A stretch of DNA of 32,000 nt from Candidatus Saccharimonadota bacterium (GTDB lineage Archaea; Micrarchaeota; Micrarchaeia; Micrarchaeales; Micrarchaeaceae): NCBI GenBank assembly GCA_021654395.1, contig AP024486.1, positions 420,001-452,000 of the forward strand, read 5' to 3'. Shown in pieces: positions 9,083-16,555 of the stretch. Both the position numbers and the translations under genes were made by a program. Each line of letters begins with the position of its first letter. Position 1 is the stretch's first letter. The notes beneath the pieces were generated by a model. It was not told where the DNA came from. It was given only the letters and a program-made list of their open reading frames with translations, and did no database searches.

Positions 9083-9826
9083 ATGCAAGAGCAAAGTGGA
9101 GATAATCAGAATGTTGTAATACAACCAAAGATAGAGAGCTTTACCTTAGATATAATCAACGATTATGATATAAATCAGCTTTACTCTAGGCTATCCACTC
9201 ATGGATTATATAACGCAGCAATAAAGGATAATGCTTTATATCTATATAAGATAGATGGATACGATCTTCAGAAAAGGCCATTTAACTTCTCTATATTTAT
9301 AATAAATGGTAAGCAGCTACAATGCACATACACTATACAGCAGGATACTAGCCCTAAGATGAGAAAGCTAAATGTGATTAAGGATCTATTGCTTAGCTTA
9401 GAGCTTGTGGATGATCTATTAAAAGTAGATACAAAAAAGCTTTATGATCTCGTTGCTTCATCGATATCAGAGGTCTTATCTGGTATATCACAGCAGTACA
9501 GTGTTCTATACAATGCATATGATGCTTTACTCTCAGATTATAAGGAGGTAAAGAAGCAGCTCATAGATCTAAAGAAATCAAACGATCAGCTAGCTACAGA
9601 AGCAGATGAGCTTAGAAAGCAGAATGCTGAGCTATCAAAGCAGCTAAGCGACCTTAATAAGTACTCTGATGAGGCATTAATGGCTATGATTGAAGATTGG
9701 ATAAGAGCACATGATGGTAGCATAGATATAATGGAGTTCTCTAAGACTTATAAGCTAACGCCTTCTAGAGTAGAGCAGATACTGAATATAATGGTTGCAA
9801 AAGGGTATATAGCTCCAATATCATAA
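9083..9826 (+). CDS. Coiled-coil protein with a C-terminal winged-helix-like domain, unknown family
   Basis: The central heptad-like stretch is KEVKKQLIDLKKSNDQLATEADELRKQNAELSKQLSDLNK. The C-terminus, IDIMEFSKTYKLTPSRVEQILNIMVAKGYI, resembles a wHTH. The start is 6 nt after the preceding stop. Confidence 0.55.
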   Translation: MQEQSGDNQNVVIQPKIESFTLDIINDYDINQLYSRLSTHGLYNAAIKDNALYLYKIDGYDLQKRPFNFSIFIINGKQLQCTYTIQQDTSPKMRKLNVIKDLLLSLELVDDLLKVDTKKLYDLVASSISEVLSGISQQYSVLYNAYDALLSDYKEVKKQLIDLKKSNDQLATEADELRKQNAELSKQLSDLNKYSDEALMAMIEDWIRAHDGSIDIMEFSKTYKLTPSRVEQILNIMVAKGYIAPIS

Positions 9827-9866
9827 AAATGCTTAATTATATATCTTAGCATAATTAAAGATATTG

Positions 9867-10031
9867 ATGGACAATCTATTAAGGCTTAGAATCCTTAAGA
9901 AAGTAGAGTATGTAAGAGTATACAAGATCGTTAATAGTGTAAAAGGTAAGGAGAATCTAGTTACAAGATTATTCATGAAGATACTTGGAATAAAGGAGAA
10001 TGAGGAAGGTCCTAGTCTAAATGCAGAGTAA
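9867..10031 (+). CDS. Possible 54-aa small protein, absent from the ORF track
   Basis: My own translation gives MDNLLRLRILKKVEYVRVYKIVNSVKGKENLVTRLFMKILGIKENEEGPSLNAE, ending in TAA at 10029-10031. Codon style matches the neighbouring genes. A TATA-like ttatatat lies about 25-30 nt upstream, and the ORF ends 9 nt before the next gene. Confidence 0.4.
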   Translation: MDNLLRLRILKKVEYVRVYKIVNSVKGKENLVTRLFMKILGIKENEEGPSLNAE

Positions 10032-10040
10032 GTGTTGTAG

Positions 10041-12449
10041 ATGCCTGTGCCCCAAAAGAAGCGTAAAGGCTTTGGTAAGAAGATCCTAATACTTTTAATT
10101 ATAATAGTAATAGCCATAGTTGCTCTTATAGGCTTTGTAGAGATAGAGATAAGCTTATATAAGACAACAGCTATAAGAGTTGTGTCATATGGTAATCCTT
10201 ATCTTAGATTTAATATAAGCAACTTTACTGTTGTTAGTTATACGCCATATACTGCAGAGCAGATATTCAGTAGTACGAATATGACGCCAGCCTACTATTC
10301 TTATATAGATACAAAGAATATCTCTAACCTATTTATCTTTGCTACATTGTTACATTATATTCCGAGGCACATATATATTGTAAATACTTATACTGAATGC
10401 TATAGATGTATAGATCAGCAGCAGTTTATAAGCAATCTTAGTAGAGATCTATCTGCCTTAAATTACTCATCTAATATCACTGTAATAGCTCCATCAAATC
10501 TGACAGATACCTCATTGATTCAGAACAACTCAATAATAATTATAGGCAATGGGCTTCTGCCACAGGAGCTTGTTCAGAATGGCTTTTCAGCATTCAATCA
10601 ACTACTTAACAAGAATGTCAGCTTCATACTCTTAATAGGATCTCTTAATAACTATATTGGAGAGGGCTCTATAATAGCTCCTCTTTCTTCAGTTCCAAGC
10701 TATCTAGAGTTCTCATATACCAGTAATAAGAGTAGATCTTATAAGTCAGGTTATATTCCAAATGGAATATCTTTCTATAATGCTTCACTATATCTAAGCT
10801 CAGGCTACTTTAGCAACAATATAAGCTACTACCATGTAGATAACAATAGCATACTGCTTCTTGGCAACTATCCAGATCTCTATAATACATCATACCTGGC
10901 AGGGCTTATAGCTAGATCTATATACATACCTTACTGGGAGTCAAGCCTTGGCTATAATCAGTATAATATAACGATAGCCACAAAGAACTATACAAATAAA
11001 AGCTTAGATATATTGAATAGCAGCAATATAGGATTTAATAGATTATACAATCTTTCTAGCTTTACTGGAGACTTTGGGAAAGCTTATCTATATATAGCGT
11101 TAAGCGCAAAGGGATTCAATGTAAGCAAGAGGCTAAATGAATCATTCTTAGAGGAAGAGAGCTTTAATGTAAATGGATCTATATTGACTCCTAATCTATT
11201 AGTTCCTGGACGCACTCAGCAGTTTACATTCTTCTTAATAGATATAAATAACTCAAATGTAACAATAGAGCCACATATATCTTTATATAACAGATCTGGA
11301 GCTCTGATTGCATCTCAGGGGTTAGCTGCGCTATCTCTGCCGCAGAACTCTAGATTTATAGAGTATCTAACATATACGCTAAGGCCTGGTAGATATATAT
11401 TAGAGCTTCAGGGCTATTCAAATAACCTTATAGCTGCTACATACTTTGTAGTTCCAAATATAAATGTAACTTTCATAAATAGAACTGCTTCAAACGACTT
11501 CAACTTTTTAGTTAAGGCAGGAGACTTCCCTCTAACAGGTCTGCCATATAGCATAGTCTTTGATGGTATATACAGATATAATGGTACAATCGAGAAAGGC
11601 TTGGCATATATACCTTCAGTGCCCATCTCTAGTGGTACAAACTTTTCATTCAATATAATAGTTCCTGGATATGCAAACCAGACTTATATATATAGGCCAG
11701 TTATAGCATCATTCAAGATAAACTCTCAGTATATAATACTTGCAATAGTTGGTGTAATAGCCTTTATACTAGTTGTATTTGTGAGGGCTCCTAATAGAGA
11801 TATGTTCTATATAGATGTATCAGATCTTCCAAAGCCAGCTGTTACAAAGCTAGAGGTTAAGAAGTCAGAGATAGTCTCTCTATTTGACAAGATAAATCTA
11901 AGATATAAATGGAAGTATATGCCATTAACAAAAGAAGAGATAATGAATAACATACCAAACTATATAAGATATGGGGTACTACCAGTCAGCGTAACTTACA
12001 TGAACGTATCATTAATAATCTCAAGGCTTGAGAAAGAAGGCCTTGTTAAGTCTTATGATGGCTATTATATACCAGTAGAGTGGGAGCGTTTAAGCGGGCA
12101 TGATATAAGATATCTTGTAATATTTAGAAAGATAAGAGACTATCTGCTTTCAAAGGGATTCTATTATACAGATATCGACTCTAGCAAGATAGCAGATATA
12201 ATCACAAATATAAACGGAAAAAGAGTATACATCTTTATCTATTCGGAGACGTCAAAGTTCTATAAGCATATGCCATTATATACAGATGGAGATAATGTAT
12301 TAGCATTCTCGAATTACACAGAGCTTGTAGAGTTTGAAAGTAATCTATATAAGACAGTATCTGATAATGCTGCAATACTAAAAGGCTACATATCAAGCGG
12401 CATACTTAGGCTACTAGATAGTGATCATCCAGATGAGGTACTCTCTTGA
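10041..12449 (+). CDS. 802-aa two-pass membrane glycoprotein with a large sequon-rich ectodomain and a cytoplasmic wHTH-like tail, unknown family
   Basis: The N-terminal basic stretch plus TM is KKRKGFGKKILILLIIIVIAIVALIGF. The roughly 530-aa region that follows holds about 30 N-x-S/T sequons by eye. A second TM, YIILAIVGVIAFILVVFV, lies near nt 11730-11790. The C-terminal domain of about 215 aa contains VSLIISRLEKEGLVKSYDGYYIP. Confidence 0.6.
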   Translation: MPVPQKKRKGFGKKILILLIIIVIAIVALIGFVEIEISLYKTTAIRVVSYGNPYLRFNISNFTVVSYTPYTAEQIFSSTNMTPAYYSYIDTKNISNLFIFATLLHYIPRHIYIVNTYTECYRCIDQQQFISNLSRDLSALNYSSNITVIAPSNLTDTSLIQNNSIIIIGNGLLPQELVQNGFSAFNQLLNKNVSFILLIGSLNNYIGEGSIIAPLSSVPSYLEFSYTSNKSRSYKSGYIPNGISFYNASLYLSSGYFSNNISYYHVDNNSILLLGNYPDLYNTSYLAGLIARSIYIPYWESSLGYNQYNITIATKNYTNKSLDILNSSNIGFNRLYNLSSFTGDFGKAYLYIALSAKGFNVSKRLNESFLEEESFNVNGSILTPNLLVPGRTQQFTFFLIDINNSNVTIEPHISLYNRSGALIASQGLAALSLPQNSRFIEYLTYTLRPGRYILELQGYSNNLIAATYFVVPNINVTFINRTASNDFNFLVKAGDFPLTGLPYSIVFDGIYRYNGTIEKGLAYIPSVPISSGTNFSFNIIVPGYANQTYIYRPVIASFKINSQYIILAIVGVIAFILVVFVRAPNRDMFYIDVSDLPKPAVTKLEVKKSEIVSLFDKINLRYKWKYMPLTKEEIMNNIPNYIRYGVLPVSVTYMNVSLIISRLEKEGLVKSYDGYYIPVEWERLSGHDIRYLVIFRKIRDYLLSKGFYYTDIDSSKIADIITNINGKRVYIFIYSETSKFYKHMPLYTDGDNVLAFSNYTELVEFESNLYKTVSDNAAILKGYISSGILRLLDSDHPDEVLS

Positions 12450-14035
12450 TCTTCTTTATTACTCTCTTTAGCTTTAATATCATTAGATTCAGCTGCTCCA
12501 GGGTATCTTTTTAATACGAGCTCCTTTATCTTACTGCTAATAAGCTCTTTCGGATTTCCAGATATATAACTAAGATCGCTTGCAACCTGGTCAGCGTATC
12601 TCATTATAGTCTTAAACTTATTGATCTCTAACTCTTTCTTCTTCTTATTGCTTACATATATCTGTAAGCCTCTTAAGCTCTCCATCACTGCTAGCTTTAC
12701 CTCATCTAGTATCTCCTCTTCTGGAGCGATAGCCTCTTTTCCAACTCCTGTATATGGTATAAAGACTGAAGATATATTTACAACTACTGTTATTGGATCA
12801 TTCTCAAAGTCGATATCGTATCTGCTCCAATCTATACTATTTACTGCTTGAGTTATCGCACAGCTTCCTGCTTCAAATAGCAATGGAACCTTATTAGCGA
12901 ATCTGATTAGGCTTCCAGTAACTCCTAATTCTGTCTTCTTTCCAGCGTCGCCCCCGAAGGCTATTGCAACCTCTGTTATAAAAGGTATTCCTCCATGGTA
13001 GATCTTTGGCTTTCTTTCTACAACATTAACAAACTCTGGATTTATTATATTCTTTACAGCAATCTCCATCTGTCTCTGGCCTATAGGTATTATAGAAGAT
13101 GCATCTGGAGCTATCCATTTTATACTTTTCATAGCCTTTACTAATCTTTCTGCCTCTTCCCAGCTTAGATCCTTTGGACTCTTGTTAAGATCTATATCAA
13201 CGAGCTTAGAGATCTCTTCTATCTTATTATCTGTTACTCTTGATAAGCTCTCTTTAAGAAAGCTTGAGATCTTCTTCGACTGAGATGATTGAGCAAGCTC
13301 ATATAGATCAACTGTTGTTATGCCTAGTGGATGCGGCTTTGCCTCTTTAGGTCTCTGTGGTATCTCATTTAGCGATCTTATAAAGTCTATTCTATTTCCA
13401 TCAGGCCCGATAAAGTGTATAGTAGCATGAGGGTTTGCTAAAGCTGTTCTCTTTAGATACTCTAAAGGTCCTCTCTCACTAGATTCATACTTTATCTCTT
13501 TAAAGTAGCCAGTAACCTCAAAGCCTGCATTCTCAGGGCTGTCATTTATATCTACAAGATTTGTTACTATAGGGGTATTATTCTTTACGTTTATAGCAAT
13601 ATCGCACTCGTAGCCTCTTCCATCACTAAACACTGATCTTACATGAACTGGCTTTCCTGTTGTTAGCTGTGAGTATAGAGTACAGCCCGCAGCTCCTATT
13701 CCCTGCTGACCTCTCTGCTGTACGTATCTATGAAACTTAGTTCCTGCAAGTATAGAGCCTAGAGCCTTTCCAACAAGCTCTTTAGGTATTCCAGGACCGT
13801 TATCCTTAACTCTTATTCTATAAGTCTCCTCATCAAGCTCATTTATCTCTACATATATCTCTGGTAGCTTCTCCGCCTCTTCGCAAGCATCTAAGGAGTT
13901 AGTAACATACTCATGGATTATGGTTGTCATTGATCTGACTTTACCTACGTAACCGAGCATCTGCCTATTCTTTCTAAAGAACTCTGCAACAGAGTACTCT
14001 CTAAAGTTCTTAAAGATCTCATTTATCTCTGCCAT
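12425..14035 (-). CDS. top6B: DNA topoisomerase VI subunit B
   Basis: Bergerat-fold ATP-binding motifs are present: EYVTNSLDACEEA, DNGPGIP and GQQGIGAAG. Length and overall layout fit Top6B. The 3' end overlaps the convergent 802-aa gene by 25 nt. Confidence 0.92.
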   Translation of the reverse strand: MAEINEIFKNFREYSVAEFFRKNRQMLGYVGKVRSMTTIIHEYVTNSLDACEEAEKLPEIYVEINELDEETYRIRVKDNGPGIPKELVGKALGSILAGTKFHRYVQQRGQQGIGAAGCTLYSQLTTGKPVHVRSVFSDGRGYECDIAINVKNNTPIVTNLVDINDSPENAGFEVTGYFKEIKYESSERGPLEYLKRTALANPHATIHFIGPDGNRIDFIRSLNEIPQRPKEAKPHPLGITTVDLYELAQSSQSKKISSFLKESLSRVTDNKIEEISKLVDIDLNKSPKDLSWEEAERLVKAMKSIKWIAPDASSIIPIGQRQMEIAVKNIINPEFVNVVERKPKIYHGGIPFITEVAIAFGGDAGKKTELGVTGSLIRFANKVPLLFEAGSCAITQAVNSIDWSRYDIDFENDPITVVVNISSVFIPYTGVGKEAIAPEEEILDEVKLAVMESLRGLQIYVSNKKKKELEINKFKTIMRYADQVASDLSYISGNPKELISSKIKELVLKRYPGAAESNDIKAKESNKEDQESTSSG

Positions 14036-14045
14036 CGCAGATCAC

Positions 14046-14567
14046 TCAGCTAAATAGGAAGTTACTAGTTAATGAGTTCTTTCTATATCTCTCTTGCATC
14101 CTTCTATATGCGGTCTCATGCTTATGGCCTTCTATTAAAGCCTTTATAGCCTCCTCAGCCTCTTCTATATTCTCTTCCTTTCCTATTATAGATACTGTAT
14201 TGCCATAAACGCTTATCTTAGTAGATGTGAAGCTCTCTATATACTTCTTTGCTCTGCCCTTGCTGCCTATTATCCTTGCCTTTATCTGCTGTATCCTCTT
14301 CTTATTCTTAGTATAGCTCTCTATATCTATTATGCTAAGATAGTAATCATCATTAAGAAGAAGCAATGCGTCCTTTTCGTTAAATCCTCTACCAAATGCA
14401 AGTAATATATTCTTAGCTAGGTATTCCTTATAGTTATCATCAGACTCTATTACTATCTGATTCTCTTTAACTGTTATCTTACATTTGCAGCTTTCCTCTA
14501 CTCTTTGTATCAGGTTGCTATTAAGCAAGTCATCTACTCTTTCTTTAGGTATTAAAAATACTTGCAT
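14046..14567 (-). CDS. KH-domain RNA-binding protein, aDim2/Pno1-like
   Basis: There are two KH-like modules, including ARIIGSKGRAKKYIE. I prefer the internal Met (MQVFLIPKE, ATG at 14567) because the hydrophobic extension in the ORF track looks spurious. In addition, a minus-strand TTTATTTTTA box lies about 28 nt upstream of 14567. Confidence 0.7.
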   Translation of the reverse strand: MQVFLIPKERVDDLLNSNLIQRVEESCKCKITVKENQIVIESDDNYKEYLAKNILLAFGRGFNEKDALLLLNDDYYLSIIDIESYTKNKKRIQQIKARIIGSKGRAKKYIESFTSTKISVYGNTVSIIGKEENIEEAEEAIKALIEGHKHETAYRRMQERYRKNSLTSNFLFS

Positions 14568-14696
14568 CTCAATCAGATATATAGTTATGATAAAAATAAA
14601 GATAAATCTTAGCAAGTTGTACTAAATTCCGCTATTTTGTAAATACATAAGATAATTAAGAAAGATTTAAATATTTGTTTATCAAGATATTATTAT

Positions 14697-14748
14697 GATT
14701 GTGTCATGATACAATCATGATACAATCATTATGCAATCATGTAACTTA
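14697..14748 (+). promoter_or_regulatory. Operator-like array combining a near-perfect 20-bp palindrome with 11-bp-periodic direct repeats
   Basis: GATTGTGTCATGATACAATC (14697-14716) is palindromic except for one position per arm. catgatacaat occurs at 14705-14715 and again at 14716-14726, followed by cattatgcaat (14727-14737) and catgtaac. The array lies just downstream of a TTTAAATAT box at about 14666-14674 and just upstream of the wHTH gene. Confidence 0.55.
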
Positions 14749-14760
14749 CATATAAGTGTG

Positions 14761-15318
14761 ATGTTAGTTATGCATAACATTAATGATGAAAGTATTAAAA
14801 AATTAATGGATGAGTATCTTAAGGCTAAAGAGAATGAAGCAAGCATGGGAAAGGTCAATGAAAATATAATGACCTTGCTTAAGTATCTTATAGACGAGAA
14901 TAGAAAGACAACTTTAATACTTAAACAGATGGCAGATAGAATAGATAAGTTAGAGAGCAGACTATCAAGCATAATGGATACAGCAGAGCAGGAGATCGAG
15001 GATGAGAGTGATGAAGAGCCCAGTGTAAGTAGCTATAAGCAAGATATAAGTAGAAATGAGGTATCAGATAATAGAAAGATAGTAACTCTTACAGAGCAGG
15101 ATAAAAAGATACTTGAACAGGTTCAGATGAGAGGAATGATATGCGCTGATCAGCTTCAGAAGATTATGAACTATAAAGGAAAGAATGCTGCATCAGCTAG
15201 ACTTAATAGATTATGTATGCTTGGATTATTAATAAAGCTTCAGATCGGACATAAGACATACTTTTCCTATGATCCTGGCAAGGCGACCAATTTAGTTATA
15301 GTATCACCACCAGATTAG
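14761..15318 (+). CDS. Coiled-coil plus acidic linker plus C-terminal MarR/TrmB-like wHTH transcription regulator
   Basis: The C-terminus, LTEQDKKILEQVQMRGMICADQLQKIMNYKGKNAASARLNRLCMLGLLIKL, fits a winged HTH. The ORF-track start at 14731 lies inside the repeat array, so I chose the in-frame ATG at 14761, with 14770 also possible. Confidence 0.6.
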   Translation: MLVMHNINDESIKKLMDEYLKAKENEASMGKVNENIMTLLKYLIDENRKTTLILKQMADRIDKLESRLSSIMDTAEQEIEDESDEEPSVSSYKQDISRNEVSDNRKIVTLTEQDKKILEQVQMRGMICADQLQKIMNYKGKNAASARLNRLCMLGLLIKLQIGHKTYFSYDPGKATNLVIVSPPD

Positions 15319-15325
15319 CCACACC

Positions 15326-15353
15326 TATCCCTTAGGTTTTTACCTAAGGGATA
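15326..15353 (+). terminator. Perfect 11-bp stem / 6-nt loop hairpin in a 47-bp intergenic spacer
   Basis: TATCCCTTAGG (15326-15336), loop TTTTTA, CCTAAGGGATA (15343-15353). It begins 8 nt after the regulator's stop codon. Its role as a terminator or a protein-binding palindrome is inferred. Confidence 0.4.
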
Positions 15354-15365
15354 AGCTTTATTAAT

Positions 15366-16547
15366 ATGTTAAAAGATAATTTCTATAATATGAATAAAAA
15401 GCAGCCTATAGATGTTTCAAGTATAGCAAAGATAAATCTAATAATCAATATTATTACTCTGATACTAGTCATATATATAATGCTGCATCTTAGCTCAGTA
15501 AGTACATCTGTTGGCAATTCAGCAGGTCAATCAAATAGCTCAAGTAAGAATCTCACGGCCTTATTAGCAGAAGCGATATATGGAAACACAAATATAACCG
15601 TTAGTAGATTTAATAATACGCCAACTGTAATATATCTTGCAAAGCCAAATAATGTCAATCTTCAAAGCCTATATCAAAGATATCATACATTTACTCGTAA
15701 TTTAGTTAATGCTGATCAGCCATTCAATAGCACTGCTTTATCTATAATAAATAATGCAAGTAATGAGCTGTTTAATAAGGCTGGGTATTTATTGCTGAAT
15801 AATTCAAGTATAGCTAGTAGAGTTATAGGTACAAGTGCTCAGCCAGTTCCAATGCTAATAGTAAATAATAAACCTTCTGTTATATACTTTGGATCGACTA
15901 CATGTATATTCTGCGGAGAGAACAGATGGGCTATGGCATTAGCTCTATCAAGATTTGGATATTTTAAGGAGCTATTTATAGGATATAGCTCATTCGGCGA
16001 TGGTGATGAGGCTACTATATACTGGGCAGATGATCCGTTACTTACGCCATCTGATGTATTGGGCAACTACTACGTAAGTAAATATATAAACTTTATATCT
16101 ATCGAGGATACAAATAATATAACACAGGGCTTTAATTTGAATCCATTAAATGAGATTCAAGCCTCTATAAACTCTACAAATAATCCGGTATATATGGAAG
16201 CTATAAAGTATGTTACTGAAGGAGTATCTTTATCTAGTAAGCAACCAGTTTTTAGCGGCACTCCTTTAACAGTATGGGGTAAGTATGCATTTAGCGGTGC
16301 TGATGCCGTAGATTTTGGGCTTAATAACTCAGAGGCTGTAGTAAATAACAGCGCAGTCGTTGGATTAACAGAGATGACACATGGCGAAGTACTACAGCAG
16401 ATTGCCAATCCTACAACTACATTCGGATGGACAGAGTACGCTGCAGCTGATGTTTATATAGCAGCGTTATGCCTATCAGTAAATAACACATATCCTGCAT
16501 GTAATAAAATTCAATCTATAAAGCTTATAGAGCAAAGATACTTTTAA
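15366..16547 (+). CDS. DUF929-like membrane-anchored thioredoxin-fold protein
   Basis: An N-terminal TM anchor and an S/N-rich linker are followed by PSVIYFGSTTCIFCGENRWAMALALSRFGYF. This matches the DUF929 pattern as I recall it (CxxC followed by RWA..AL.RFG). The start may instead be the Met at 15390 (MNKKQP), which lies about 29 nt downstream of a TTTATTAATA box. Confidence 0.65.
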   Translation: MLKDNFYNMNKKQPIDVSSIAKINLIINIITLILVIYIMLHLSSVSTSVGNSAGQSNSSSKNLTALLAEAIYGNTNITVSRFNNTPTVIYLAKPNNVNLQSLYQRYHTFTRNLVNADQPFNSTALSIINNASNELFNKAGYLLLNNSSIASRVIGTSAQPVPMLIVNNKPSVIYFGSTTCIFCGENRWAMALALSRFGYFKELFIGYSSFGDGDEATIYWADDPLLTPSDVLGNYYVSKYINFISIEDTNNITQGFNLNPLNEIQASINSTNNPVYMEAIKYVTEGVSLSSKQPVFSGTPLTVWGKYAFSGADAVDFGLNNSEAVVNNSAVVGLTEMTHGEVLQQIANPTTTFGWTEYAAADVYIAALCLSVNNTYPACNKIQSIKLIEQRYF

Positions 16548-16555
16548 TGATGTAG

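Noticed and set aside
9833-10117. A 94-aa minus-strand ORF in the operon gap.
   Set aside because: It overlaps the N-terminus of the 802-aa gene and has a shadow-frame composition. The plus strand offers a better 54-aa ORF with a promoter-like element.
12425-12449. The 25-nt 3'-3' overlap of the convergent 802-aa gene and top6B, considered as a regulatory antisense arrangement.
   Set aside because: Short convergent overlaps are common in compact archaeal genomes, and nothing in the sequence, such as secondary structure or repeats, suggests a specific function.
14568-14615. The N-terminal extension of the KH-domain ORF (MLRFIFIFIITIYLIE). Similarly the extension at 14731-14760 of the wHTH ORF, and the antisense ORF 14715-14972.
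   Set aside because: The KH extension is hydrophobic filler that would overlap the promoter-like TTTATTTTTA box. The ATG at 14731 lies inside the repeat and operator array. In-frame internal ATGs give sensible N-termini.
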